Notes: generated by a model not told the origin, from the letters alone. Shown: positions 1 through 11,259, counted from the first letter of the stretch. The stretch is 63,052 nt of DNA from an uncultured Leucothrix sp. (GCA_937923375.1 CALAJG010000197.1:1-63052); one strand, 5' to 3'. A program made the numbers and translations.

Positions 1-1
1 C

Positions 2-214
2 AAAGCCTCAGGTAAGCTTATAGGCTCAGGCATCGTAGGTTCTAATGCTGGCGAGTTAATCGCCGAAGCCGTATTGGCCTTGGAAATGGGCGCGGATGCA
101 CACGATATCGGTCTGACAATTCATCCTCATCCTACCCTGTCAGAAACACTCAACTTCGCTACTGAAGTTGCCGAAGGAACCTGTACTGATATTTATGCGC
201 CGAAGAAAGGGTAA
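2..214 (+). CDS. lpdA: Dihydrolipoamide dehydrogenase, 3' end (5'-truncated by window)
   Basis: Manual translation from nt 2 gives ...GIVGSNAGELIAEAVLALEMGADAHDIGLTIHPHPTLSE...YAPKKG*; HPHPTLSE is the E3 active-site motif. Confidence 0.93.
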   Translation, partial: KASGKLIGSGIVGSNAGELIAEAVLALEMGADAHDIGLTIHPHPTLSETLNFATEVAEGTCTDIYAPKKG

Positions 215-222
215 CTTAACCG

Positions 223-768
223 ATGTATCAGCCCGAAGAAATACTGAATTTTTGGTTCAGCGAACCAATGAAATCTCATTGGTTCAATTCCACTGAAGAG
301 ATCGATACCTTAATTAAAGATAAGTACGAATTTCTTTGGGAGTACGCAGCTGATAACAATCTGCAACAATGGCAAGACACGCCTGAAGGCTGTCTTGCAC
401 TGTGCATTGTATTAGATCAATTTCCTCTTAACATGTTTCGCAACAAAGCCATTGCCTTCAGTACTGAGCAGCATGCAGTGATGGTAGCTAAGCACGCTAT
501 CATCGAAGATTTTGATCAACAGATTGACAAAGACAAGCTGGCTTTTCTCTATATGCCCTTGATGCACAGCGAAAACATGGACGATCAGGATCTTTGCGTC
601 GCACGCTTTGAAGCCGCTGGGCTAGAAGAAAATGCACGCTTTGCTCAACATCATCGAGGCATTGTTGAGAAATATGGTCGCTTTCCTCACCGGAATGCGC
701 TTCTAGGTAGGAAGAGCACACCTAAAGAAATTGACTATTTAAATTCTAAGGATGCTTTTATGGGATAA
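223..768 (+). CDS. DUF924 family protein
   Basis: ILNFWF, LCIVLDQFPLNMFR, FLYMPLMHSE and YGRFPHRNALLGR-STPKE motifs typical of DUF924. Confidence 0.9.
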   Translation: MYQPEEILNFWFSEPMKSHWFNSTEEIDTLIKDKYEFLWEYAADNNLQQWQDTPEGCLALCIVLDQFPLNMFRNKAIAFSTEQHAVMVAKHAIIEDFDQQIDKDKLAFLYMPLMHSENMDDQDLCVARFEAAGLEENARFAQHHRGIVEKYGRFPHRNALLGRKSTPKEIDYLNSKDAFMG

Positions 769-867
769 GCCCTCTTATTGGGTTTCATGTTATCCTTGTA
801 TCCCAGAGCTGTTCTTTAGACACTAAAGGACAGTAATCAACAATTCAAAGTCACTCTGCCATCATTT

Positions 868-1599
868 ATGTCTGTACTTCTGTTCAAGTATTATCCCGAA
901 AATCATTCTGGCAGGGATTTTGTAGTAGGTGATCTACATGGCATGTTCCATACGCTTGAGATCATGCTTGAGACACTTGAGTTTGATCGGGAGAATGATC
1001 GCCTGTTTTCGGTAGGTGACCTTATTGATCGCGGCCCTCAATCAGAGCGCGTAACCTACTACCTTCAGCAACCCTGGTTTCATGCGATTCAAGGAAATCA
1101 TGAACAACTTCTGCTGCAATCCACCGAATCCAACTCCATATTAAAGGCTTGGACTTCACGCGCGGGCGGCAAATGGTGGCTACGCCTGACTGATACAGAA
1201 CGGAAAGTTGTTGAGGATATGATTAGAGATCTGCCGATGGCTTTTGAAGTGTCAACAGCCACCGGACAAATCGGGATAGTTCATGCGGACATACCCATCG
1301 GGCTTTCATGGCAACGCTTCGTGAAAGGTTTGCAAACTGATACTGAGCTGCAGCAACATGCTCAATGGTCTCGTATTCGCCACCGCTATGTTACGTCGTC
1401 TGAGTCTGTTCCAAAAGTCAATGGAATCGACTTGTTAGTGGTAGGTCATTCCATTGTCGACAAGCCGTTATTCGCATCTAATCTATGTTACTTGGATACA
1501 GGCGCAGCCTATACTGGGTACGGGATTGACTCTCGACTGACGATGCTACAAATTCACCCCGTACAAAACGTCTATCAACAAAAAACCAGCCCAGAATAA
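868..1599 (+). CDS. Metallophosphoesterase, PphA/lambda-phosphatase-like Ser/Thr phosphatase
   Basis: GDLHG, VGDLIDRGP, GNHE, VHAD, VVGHS and LDTGA motifs. Confidence 0.88.
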   Translation: MSVLLFKYYPENHSGRDFVVGDLHGMFHTLEIMLETLEFDRENDRLFSVGDLIDRGPQSERVTYYLQQPWFHAIQGNHEQLLLQSTESNSILKAWTSRAGGKWWLRLTDTERKVVEDMIRDLPMAFEVSTATGQIGIVHADIPIGLSWQRFVKGLQTDTELQQHAQWSRIRHRYVTSSESVPKVNGIDLLVVGHSIVDKPLFASNLCYLDTGAAYTGYGIDSRLTMLQIHPVQNVYQQKTSPE

Positions 1600-1617
1600 C
1601 TTTCTGAGCCTATCGAA

Positions 1618-2106
1618 TTAGCTTGCCAGCGCAACCGGTTGAAACATTCGGCTAATCTGACTCGATGTCGAGTTTTGTTGAATGGTAATTCTTTTGATTT
1701 CAGGACGCTCAATGAAGTCGGCTAGCGTGATTCCATCTAAAAACTCGTACAAACGGAAACTCAAATCTTCCCAGAGCTTATGCGTCATGCAACGGTCTCC
1801 GGCGTGACAATCTTCAGCACCTTTACATTGAGTACTATCAATCGACTCATCTACAGCTAAAATGATGTTAGCAATGCTAATTTTGTCAGCCGGCTTACCC
1901 AAGCGATATCCACCCCCGGGGCCTCTGACACCTTCAACTAACTTGGCTTTTCGCAGTTTAGAAAACAGCTGCTCAAGATACGACAGCGAGATACCCTGCC
2001 AACCTGAAATATCTGACAACGTCACAGGACCTTCTCGGTCATTAATCGCCAAATCCATCATTGCAGTTACAGCGTACCTACCTTTTGTAGACAGTTTCAT
2101 TTGCAA
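1618..2106 (-). CDS. iscR: Rrf2-family Fe-S cluster regulator IscR
   Basis: KLSTKGRYAVTAMMDLA, ISLSYLEQLFSKLRK, VRGPGGGYRL, and the [2Fe-2S] ligand pattern C-x5-C-x5-C-x2-H (QCKGAEDCHAGDRCMTH). Start may be the second Met. Confidence 0.9.
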   Translation of the reverse strand: MQMKLSTKGRYAVTAMMDLAINDREGPVTLSDISGWQGISLSYLEQLFSKLRKAKLVEGVRGPGGGYRLGKPADKISIANIILAVDESIDSTQCKGAEDCHAGDRCMTHKLWEDLSFRLYEFLDGITLADFIERPEIKRITIQQNSTSSQISRMFQPVALAS

Positions 2107-2122
2107 ATCCTCGATAAAGTCT

Positions 2123-2177
2123 AATTACCTACTAAGTTACTAGGTATTATAGATAACCTAGCAACTTAGTCAACTAT
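2123..2177 (-). promoter_or_regulatory. Two tandem 25-bp type-1 IscR operator-like sites
   Basis: Minus strand reads ATAGTTGACTAAGTTGCTAGGTTAT (2153-2177) and ATACCTAGTAACTTAGTAGGTAATT (2123-2147) just upstream of iscR; they resemble the tandem type-1 sites of the E. coli iscR promoter. Confidence 0.75.
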
Positions 2178-2209
2178 TATGAATAGACCTTAATAATTCA
2201 CTGGTAACA

Positions 2210-2692
2210 TTAAAATTGATGACCTTGACGTTTTAAGTATTTAACCCATTTAAATAAGAAGCGATTCGCTCGCCATTGACACAACAGCTGCGTTTCATTG
2301 TTCAGTGCTTTTATAGCAGCTTGCTCACCAATGAACTTACAGCGACAGCTAATTACATTAGCCTGGCGAGAGTCATGATAGATTTGTATGTTTAGATCAG
2401 GTCGCGGGTCTTCATTCTCAGAAAAGTCATAAGTCATCAACAATACACTGGTGTGCGCTGTTTGCTCCTTAACTTCTAAGCGCAATGAAATGCCATTGCC
2501 CTGAGTCGAAATATAGCTTCCCTTGAGGTTTTTGATGTCGCCACACAGCAAGCGTAACTGCATATAGTTAACTTCATACATTTCCATTAGGGCAGCAAAT
2601 GATCGTGGTAGTGGGGGAAAGACAGCCCGCTCGATATTCTTTAACAATTCGATATCTTTTTTATTAATTTTAGTAATCAGGCTTGTTTGCAT
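2210..2692 (-). CDS. DUF1249 (YqiB-like) protein
   Basis: LMEMYEVNYMQLRLL, PDLNIQIYHDSRQA, W-xxN-xFL-xKW-xxY-xxxQGH pattern. Confidence 0.8.
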   Translation of the reverse strand: MQTSLITKINKKDIELLKNIERAVFPPLPRSFAALMEMYEVNYMQLRLLCGDIKNLKGSYISTQGNGISLRLEVKEQTAHTSVLLMTYDFSENEDPRPDLNIQIYHDSRQANVISCRCKFIGEQAAIKALNNETQLLCQWRANRFLFKWVKYLKRQGHQF

Positions 2693-2801
2693 AGAGTGTG
2701 TGATCTTAAAGTTTAAAATTGATTATCTACCAGTTCATAAAACAAGTGTGACAAGTTTGGCTAGCACTGAGTTAAGCAATATTCTATTATCACATCGCTA
2801 A

Positions 2802-4475
<1,674 letters not shown>

Positions 4476-4662
4476 ATAATAAAAACAAACAGATTCTTTA
4501 TGAGCGCGTCCGGGCATTTTCGCAAAAAATACTCAGTTTAGATCATTTTTATACGGAAAAGACAACCGCTCAGCTGGAATCACAATATTAATTCACTGAT
4601 ATAAATATAAAATATTTCACTCACATTGAAATAGCACCCAGTGAAAAGGGGATCCCAACATT

Positions 4663-6714
4663 ATGAATAGAACAATTAAATTATCGGTTTCTAGCGTACT
4701 ACTTGCTGGCCTAGTCTCAGGATGTAGCCAACAGCAGTTCCAAGGTGGCGGTCAACAAATCGCTGGAGGCTCTCAGGTTGCTGGCGGCCAACAGATCTTC
4801 GGAGGTGGACAACAAGTCGCTGGAGGCCAACAGATTGTAGGTGGAGGACAGTCAGCTGGTGGGCAACAAGTTGCGGGCGGCCAGCAAGTACTTGGTGGTC
4901 AGCAGCGTGCAGGTGGTGGTGTTGATGCACAGATTCATAGCACACTTGTTCCTGGAGGCCATGACACACAAATTCAAGACAGGCTTATACCAAACACATC
5001 ACACCTTCATGATGCGGCGGCACAAAGCAATGAGCACTCTCATAATGTTGAACCACAACAGCGTGTTTATGTTCCTCTGCCAGAGGCTATGAAAGAAAAG
5101 CCTCCTGCAGTCTTCATGTATGAACAACCAAAACAAGCTGAACCAGTTTATTATGACAATGAGAGAGCAGCCGAACCTGTCTACTATGAGCAGGCTGCGC
5201 AACAAATACGCAGGCCAGCGATGCCTAAGCAGAAACCTGTTGTGCGTCATAAGGGTATCGGTATGCCCCCTGCACAGCCAGGTCAATGCTTTGCCAAAGT
5301 CAATACGCCTGCCAAGTTTAAGAATGTTGTAAAGCGGGTTCAGGTAAGCCCAGCCGTTAACAAGCGTGTCAAAGTTCGTGGCCCACAATATACGTGGGTT
5401 AGTAAAAAGGTCTTAGCCAGACCTGCAACGCACCGCAATCAGTACATACCTGCTCAATACCGCAATGTAACTAAGAAGGTACTTGTTAAGCCTGCTCATT
5501 ATGCATGGCAGAAAAACAAGACGGGGCCTGTTACACGCATTGACCATATGACAGGTGAGATTCTTTGCCGCGTGAAGATACCTGCAGTCTATCGCACGGT
5601 GACACAAAAAGTTCTTGTTCGCCCGGCACAACGTATTAAGCGCAATATACCAGCAGTTTATCGTACGATTAAACAAAAGAAGCTAGCTTCACCTGCTGTT
5701 TATCGAACGATTAAAACGCCAGCCAGGTTCGTCAATAAAACCTATCGCGTTCAAACCAGCGGACCCCGCCAGCAATGGAAGCGGATTGTTTGTAAGACGC
5801 CTACAGCTCAAAGGGCTAGAGTACAGCAACGCCCACAACCTGTTGTTCGTAAGCATGTACCTGCAAGAGTTTCCGCTGAGCAGCGTCAATTGGCGATTGA
5901 GTTTAATCGCCAACAACAGATGTTGCACCAGCAATGGCTTCAACAGGAAGCTCAACGTAAGAGACAAGCTAGCAGGCCTGCACCACAGAGACGCCAGCAT
6001 GTGACACAACAACGCCACGTTCAGCCACGTCAGGTTCAGCAACACAGAGGCCAGCATAATCAAGCGCAAATTCAGGCAAACCAGCAGCGCCGTGCACAAC
6101 ATGCAGCTAGAGAAAGGCAGCGTTTAGCCAGACTGGCTCAACAGCGCAAACTAGCCCAACAAGCACGCTTACGTGAGGTTCAGATTGCTAAGCAAAGACG
6201 CATGGCGCAGCACCAGGCTAATTTATTGGCTCAACGCAAAGCAGCTCAAATGCGTAAGCTAAACGCACCTCAGCCGTCATATGCAAAACCAAAAGTACGT
6301 CGGCCAGCTCAGGTAAGGCATACACCAAAGCCACGCCAGCATCAGGTTAACCGTGCGCAGCTAGCACCAAAAGTTCGCCCGTATCAGCAGCAAAGAATTA
6401 ATGCTGCTAAACAGCGAACTCAAGTTCAAAACGTCTCACATTCTCCTAAGCCAAGAGTGCAACAGCAAAGGGTACAGCAACAAAACCGCGTGGTTCAGCA
6501 AAACACTGCTAATGACAACACGCCACTAACTCGCGCTAATGCTGTTTTTAGAATTCAAAAAGCACTACTTCAGCGTGGATTCAACCCTGGGCCTGTGGAC
6601 GGAAAACTGGGTCCAGCAACGGTTAAAGCATTAACTGCATTTCAGGAAACTAAGGGGTTAAAAACCGGAACCCTGAACCGAGACACACTACGTGCACTCA
6701 GTTTAGTAAACTAG
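4663..6714 (+). CDS. Repeat-rich lipoprotein with C-terminal peptidoglycan-binding (PG_binding_1) domain
   Basis: Lipobox LVSG-C21; GGQQ(V/I)x repeats; PA(V/Q)Y(R/K)T(V/I) repeats; Q/R-rich helical region; C-terminal IQKALLQRGFNPGPVDGKLGPATVKALTAFQ. Confidence 0.8.
   Translation: MNRTIKLSVSSVLLAGLVSGCSQQQFQGGGQQIAGGSQVAGGQQIFGGGQQVAGGQQIVGGGQSAGGQQVAGGQQVLGGQQRAGGGVDAQIHSTLVPGGHDTQIQDRLIPNTSHLHDAAAQSNEHSHNVEPQQRVYVPLPEAMKEKPPAVFMYEQPKQAEPVYYDNERAAEPVYYEQAAQQIRRPAMPKQKPVVRHKGIGMPPAQPGQCFAKVNTPAKFKNVVKRVQVSPAVNKRVKVRGPQYTWVSKKVLARPATHRNQYIPAQYRNVTKKVLVKPAHYAWQKNKTGPVTRIDHMTGEILCRVKIPAVYRTVTQKVLVRPAQRIKRNIPAVYRTIKQKKLASPAVYRTIKTPARFVNKTYRVQTSGPRQQWKRIVCKTPTAQRARVQQRPQPVVRKHVPARVSAEQRQLAIEFNRQQQMLHQQWLQQEAQRKRQASRPAPQRRQHVTQQRHVQPRQVQQHRGQHNQAQIQANQQRRAQHAARERQRLARLAQQRKLAQQARLREVQIAKQRRMAQHQANLLAQRKAAQMRKLNAPQPSYAKPKVRRPAQVRHTPKPRQHQVNRAQLAPKVRPYQQQRINAAKQRTQVQNVSHSPKPRVQQQRVQQQNRVVQQNTANDNTPLTRANAVFRIQKALLQRGFNPGPVDGKLGPATVKALTAFQETKGLKTGTLNRDTLRALSLVN
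4744..4920 (+). repeat. About 9 tandem Gly/Gln hexa- to heptapeptide coding repeats (G)GGQQ(V/I)x
   Basis: GGGQQIA GGSQVA GGQQIF GGGQQVA GGQQIV GGGQSA GGQQVA GGQQVL GGQQRA GGG, with synonymous codon variation between units. Confidence 0.9.
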
Positions 6715-6734
6715 TTCTAAATTCACTTAGACTC

Positions 6735-6762
6735 AAAAAGGCTCACTTCGGTGAGCCTTTTT
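6735..6762 (+). terminator. Intrinsic terminator after the lipoprotein gene
   Basis: AAAAAGGCTCAC-TTCG-GTGAGCCTTTTT: perfect stem with UUCG loop and U tract. Confidence 0.92.
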
Positions 6763-7061
6763 GTCGTTTCTGTATTGATTTATCTGAAAATTTCAAAGCT
6801 GCTCTACGCTCTGTGAAAATTCACTTACAAAGCAATTTACTCCAATTTCCGAAAGAGAACTTTTTAGCAAAAAGCTAAATTAAATGGTCTCAAAAACAAC
6901 TAAATTCCTCTAACTTCTTAAAAAAATTATTTTTGTCAGTTTTTTTAAGATTATTGAATCGCATTGTAGTGTTTAGGGTTTATACTTCCCCCCATAAATT
7001 AGTCATTAGCTCAAAATGAGGAGCTAATGCAGTTCTCACACTATTGTTTCAGGGGTTAAAA

Positions 7062-7505
7062 ATGGATGTTCGGAAAATAAAAACATTAATAGAGTTAATC
7101 AACAGCAGCGATATTGCCGAAATTGAGATTAAGGAAGGAGAAGAGTCGGTAAGAATCTCGCGCAACAGCTCCACGGCTCCCGCTATGATAGCTGCACCTC
7201 AGATTTCAACGAATCAGGTAACTGCACCAGCAACAACGGAAGCCCCATCTGCAGCATCATCAGCACATTCTGGGGAAGTCATTGAATCACCCATGGTAGG
7301 AACTTTTTATCGCGCATCCTCTCCCACAGCTCAAGCATTTGTTGAAGTCGGCCAGAGTGTCGCTGTCGGTGATACATTATGCATAATTGAAGCCATGAAG
7401 ATGCTCAATCAAATTGAGTCTGATAAAGCTGGCACAATAACTCAGGTGCTCGTAGAGAATGAGCAACCCGTCGAATTTGGCCAACCATTATTCATTGTAG
7501 AATAA
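7062..7505 (+). CDS. accB: Acetyl-CoA carboxylase biotin carboxyl carrier protein
   Basis: [12 protein letters not shown] start (ATG 7062 after GGGG), [14 protein letters not shown] biotinylation motif. Confidence 0.97.
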   Translation: MDVRKIKTLIELINSSDIAEIEIKEGEESVRISRNSSTAPAMIAAPQISTNQVTAPATTEAPSAASSAHSGEVIESPMVGTFYRASSPTAQAFVEVGQSVAVGDTLCIIEAMKMLNQIESDKAGTITQVLVENEQPVEFGQPLFIVE

Positions 7506-7517
7506 ACGGGAGCGACC

Positions 7518-8858
7518 ATGATAAAGAAACTCTTAATAGCTAACAGAGGCGAGATTGCCTTGCGCATCTTGCGTGCCTGCCGTGAACTAGGCGTCAGAAC
7601 AGTGGCTGTACACTCCACTGCTGACCGTGATCTTAAGCATGTTCGACTTGCAGATGAATCTGTTTGTATCGGTCCACCCTCATCGACAGAAAGTTATTTA
7701 AATATCCCTGCCATTATTAGCGCTGCCGAAGTAACGGACGCGGATGCTATACACCCAGGCTATGGATTTCTATCAGAAAATGCAGATTTTGCTGAGCGCG
7801 TCGAGTCCAGTGGCTTCATTTTTGTCGGGCCACGAGCTGATACAATCCGGCTTATGGGAGATAAAATCTCTGCCAAAGAAGCTATGATAAAAACCAATGT
7901 GCCTTGCGTTCCGGGCTCAGGTGGCGCGATCCCTGAAAATGGCAAAGAAGCCTTAGCAATGGCTAAGGAAATTGGCTATCCGGTTATTATCAAAGCCAGC
8001 GGCGGCGGCGGCGGGCGAGGTATGCGTGTTGTGGAGAAAGGCGCAGATTTGCTTGAATCAATCACATTAACGAAGTCAGAGGCACGCAGCGCTTTCGGTA
8101 ACGATGTTGTTTACATGGAAAAATACCTGCAGACGCCACGTCATATCGAATTTCAGGTACTGGCGGATTCACATGGCAATGCGATTCATCTGTGTGAACG
8201 TGATTGTTCGATGCAGCGCCGTCATCAAAAAGTTGTTGAGGAAGCGCCAGCACCAGGTATTACAGCAGCTCAAAGAAAACGTATGGGCGATATCCTGACT
8301 AAAGCCTGTAAAGATATTGGCTACCGTGGCGCTGGAACCTTTGAATTTCTCTATGAGAATGGCGAATTCTATTTCATCGAGATGAATACCCGACTACAAG
8401 TAGAGCACCCTGTTTCTGAATTAATCACCGGAATTGACTTGGTGAAACAACAACTACTGGTAGCGTCTGGTGAAACGCTCAAGATAAAACAATCCGACAT
8501 CACTCCGAAAGGGCATTCGATTGAATGTCGCATTAACGCGGAAGATCCGGATACTTTTATGCCTTCTCCCGGTAAGGTTGACCGTTTTCATCTTCCAGGT
8601 GGTTTAGGCGTGCGCGTGGATTCACATGTTTATGGTGGCTACACTGTACCACCCTACTACGACTCTATGATAGGCAAGCTCATTGTGCATGCCGAAGACC
8701 GAGCGAGCGCCATTAAACGCATGCAAGGCGCTCTGGAGGAAATGGTTATAGAAGGTATTAAGACCAATATACCTCTGCAGCAACGTATTATTAAAGATGA
8801 AGCATTTATTGCAGGCGGGGCCGACATTCATTATTTAGAAAAGAAACTTGGACTTTAA
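7518..8858 (+). CDS. accC: Biotin carboxylase
   Basis: [43 protein letters not shown]. Confidence 0.98.
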   Translation: MIKKLLIANRGEIALRILRACRELGVRTVAVHSTADRDLKHVRLADESVCIGPPSSTESYLNIPAIISAAEVTDADAIHPGYGFLSENADFAERVESSGFIFVGPRADTIRLMGDKISAKEAMIKTNVPCVPGSGGAIPENGKEALAMAKEIGYPVIIKASGGGGGRGMRVVEKGADLLESITLTKSEARSAFGNDVVYMEKYLQTPRHIEFQVLADSHGNAIHLCERDCSMQRRHQKVVEEAPAPGITAAQRKRMGDILTKACKDIGYRGAGTFEFLYENGEFYFIEMNTRLQVEHPVSELITGIDLVKQQLLVASGETLKIKQSDITPKGHSIECRINAEDPDTFMPSPGKVDRFHLPGGLGVRVDSHVYGGYTVPPYYDSMIGKLIVHAEDRASAIKRMQGALEEMVIEGIKTNIPLQQRIIKDEAFIAGGADIHYLEKKLGL

Positions 8859-8862
8859 TGCT

Positions 8863-9747
8863 ATGTGGCTACAACTAATTTGCCAATCAACTAAAGCATA
8901 CGAAGCCGACATTAGTGATGCCGCTGAAAATTGCGGTGCGGCTTCAATCACGTTGAGTGACGCCGCTGATGTACCGGTGCTTGAGCCATTGCCAAATGAA
9001 ACGCCGCTATGGGATGAAATAATCATCACTGTCCTTTTCCGTGAAGAACAAGAAACGGAACTTCAAGCCCTTAAACAGCAGCTTATAGACCACAAAACGC
9101 ATTGGCAAATTAGTCATATTCGTCAGGAAACGCTTCAAGAGCAACAATGGGAACGGGTATGGATGGATGACTTCCACCCGATGCAATTTGGTGACAACCT
9201 TTGGATTTATCCGAGCTGGTCTGAAATCCCGAATGATAATTCTGTAAAAATTCAATTAGACCCTGGCCTGGCATTCGGAACTGGCACTCACCCGACGACA
9301 GCAATGTGTTTGGAGTGGCTGGATAAAAATCCACCACTAGATAAACAGGTGATTGACTATGGTTGTGGAAGTGGCATATTAGCTATCGCTGCGATCAAAT
9401 TAGGCGCTAAACAGGTAGTAGCGACAGACATAGACCCTCAAGCCTTAGTAGCTACTCAAAGCAATCAGATAAACAATGGCATATCGGAAAATCAAATAAC
9501 ACGTTTTCTTCCTGACAACATGCCAGAGATAAAAGCAGACTTAATGCTGGCTAACATTCTCTGTGGGCCTCTCGTTTCTCTCGCTGCCAATCTATGTGGA
9601 AGCACTAAAAAAGGTGGACAAATAGTGTTGTCTGGAATTTTAAAGGAGCAACAAAGCGTACTCGCAGAAGCTTATGGACATTACTGTCATAATGTTCAAT
9701 TTGCCACATCCGGTGATTGGGTTAGAATGACAGGTATCGTAAGTTAA
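8863..9747 (+). CDS. prmA: Ribosomal protein L11 methyltransferase
   Basis: LDPGLAFGTGTHPTT, DYGCGSGILAI, canonical position after accC; start taken at MWLQL. Confidence 0.96.
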   Translation: MWLQLICQSTKAYEADISDAAENCGAASITLSDAADVPVLEPLPNETPLWDEIIITVLFREEQETELQALKQQLIDHKTHWQISHIRQETLQEQQWERVWMDDFHPMQFGDNLWIYPSWSEIPNDNSVKIQLDPGLAFGTGTHPTTAMCLEWLDKNPPLDKQVIDYGCGSGILAIAAIKLGAKQVVATDIDPQALVATQSNQINNGISENQITRFLPDNMPEIKADLMLANILCGPLVSLAANLCGSTKKGGQIVLSGILKEQQSVLAEAYGHYCHNVQFATSGDWVRMTGIVS

Positions 9748-9767
9748 CTCTCGTATAGTAGAAAACT

Positions 9768-10454
9768 ATGTATACTCGCTGTAGTCACTGTAGCGCCGTA
9801 TTTCGCGTCACCATGAAAGAGCTCACCGCTGCACAGGGTAAACTACGCTGTGGCGAATGTGCGGGCGTGTTTAATGCGATGGATAGTCTGTCGACAAAGC
9901 TTCCAAACCACGCTGATCCTGCAGAAAAGGTTTCCTTCGAATCACTTAATAAAAAACAGCCAAGCAGCTTTACGGTTGGGGGAAATCGGCCCAAAAAAGA
10001 GACATTCAAGCAAACTGAAAAAAACACAGCGACAAAAAATCCTAGGAGTTTTAGCAAACTATGGCCCCTGTTAATTGCTTTAGCCCTATCTGCGGCTCTA
10101 GCTGCACAGATTTGGTTTAGTCGAGACCTATGGTTCAGTGAGTTGAGGCAGCCAGAGAAGGTGAAAATGCTCTCTAAAAAAGTTTTCTCGCATCCCAGCC
10201 AACCTGACGCCTTGATAATTACAGCCTCAATTAAGAGTTTTGCAACTGAGCCCCAACCCTTTCCGTACCTTGAAGCGAGGCTGCTTGATATTAATAATAG
10301 AATTATTGCTTTAAGAAGGTTCAGACCGCATGAATACCTTGAAAAATATCAGCCTAATGCCATGCTAGAGGCCGACAAAGAAATCTCGCTACGCCTCAAG
10401 ATCAAAGATCCGCCAGGAAATCGTGCAAAGCACTTTGAATTTTCTTTTCTATGA
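9768..10454 (+). CDS. MJ0042-type zinc-ribbon / DUF3426 membrane protein
   Basis: MYTRCSHC...GKLRCGEC..VFNA zinc ribbon, one TM helix, DUF3426-like C-terminus; canonical position after prmA. Confidence 0.85.
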   Translation: MYTRCSHCSAVFRVTMKELTAAQGKLRCGECAGVFNAMDSLSTKLPNHADPAEKVSFESLNKKQPSSFTVGGNRPKKETFKQTEKNTATKNPRSFSKLWPLLIALALSAALAAQIWFSRDLWFSELRQPEKVKMLSKKVFSHPSQPDALIITASIKSFATEPQPFPYLEARLLDINNRIIALRRFRPHEYLEKYQPNAMLEADKEISLRLKIKDPPGNRAKHFEFSFL

Positions 10455-10617
10455 CAAAACAGGCACTCTTTATTTTTTTGGGTACCCGTTAGTCGCTATG
10501 TCAATCCCCATAGCTAGGCAAATACTTGAACTTATCGCTTGATCATCTGTCTAAGCTTCAGCGATGAATAATAAACTAACAAAATTGACAAGGAACCAAA
10601 GCTAAAAAACATACTAA

Positions 10618-10767
10618 ATGGCTTATATCAACATCGAAGAGAACGTAATGACATATACCTCACCGCTTCAGAGTATGAGACAATTGAAAAATACCGATGG
10701 TTACAAGTTGAAACTAGAGTTAGTGGACATACACCAGCCCGTCGCTATTATAAAGCCGACTGTCTAA
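10618..10767 (+). CDS. Possible 49-aa small ORF (unsupported by homology)
   Basis: Manual translation MAYINIEENVMTYTSPLQSMRQLKNTDGYKLKLELVDIHQPVAIIKPTV*; only a weak SD before the second Met. Confidence 0.2.
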   Translation: MAYINIEENVMTYTSPLQSMRQLKNTDGYKLKLELVDIHQPVAIIKPTV

Positions 10768-10814
10768 ATCGCTTTGCCTAGAAAGTGAACATTAGTTATT
10801 AATTGAACATGCTG

Positions 10815-10843
10815 GTGCAAGCAGATTTTTAGCATAGTATAAT
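10815..10843 (+). promoter_or_regulatory. Putative sigma70 promoter for fis
   Basis: GTGCAA-17 nt-TATAAT about 145 nt upstream of the fis start. Confidence 0.5.
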
Positions 10844-10987
10844 ATGTTCCAAAACCCCCAGTGAACGGCTTCTACGACTATGCGACAGAAGAGAATTTCC
10901 AAGTAGGAGCTACACTATAAGAACTACACCGCTTTTCATTTTTGAATGCGGACAAACCCATACAATAATACATAGGTCACGTGAACA

Positions 10988-11236
10988 ATGACAAATACAC
11001 CACTAAATGCAGACTCTCTATCTGAAGCGACTGATCAAGCCGTTTCCGATTACCTGGCTCTTTTAGGAGATCACGACGCAACCAATTTATACCGTCAGGT
11101 TGTTGATGAAGTAGAGCGTCCTTTACTCGAAGTAATCATGAAGCATACCCGAGGCAACCAATCTAAGGCTGCTATGTGTCTAGGTATGAACAGAGCGACA
11201 CTAAGATCAAAACTTAAGCGCCACGGACTACTGTAG
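10988..11236 (+). CDS. fis: Fis DNA-binding protein
   Basis: LYRQVVDEVERPLL...TRGNQSKAAMCLGMNRATLRSKLKRHGL; conserved position downstream of prmA/DUF3426. Confidence 0.9.
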   Translation: MTNTPLNADSLSEATDQAVSDYLALLGDHDATNLYRQVVDEVERPLLEVIMKHTRGNQSKAAMCLGMNRATLRSKLKRHGLL

Positions 11237-11259
11237 CATCCGTAGAAATATCCAGTAAG

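Noticed and set aside
4691-6102. Several antisense and alternative-frame ORFs within the lipoprotein gene
   Set aside because: Expected by-products of low-complexity Gln/Arg/Gly codons.
4663-6714. Sulfur globule protein or curlin assignment
   Set aside because: Lacks the small Gly/Tyr-rich Sgp composition and the curlin N-x-A-x-x-x-Q repeat; it has a lipobox and a PG-binding domain instead.
8001-8021. GGC trinucleotide run in accC
   Set aside because: Encodes the conserved GGGGRG loop of biotin carboxylase; not a contingency repeat.
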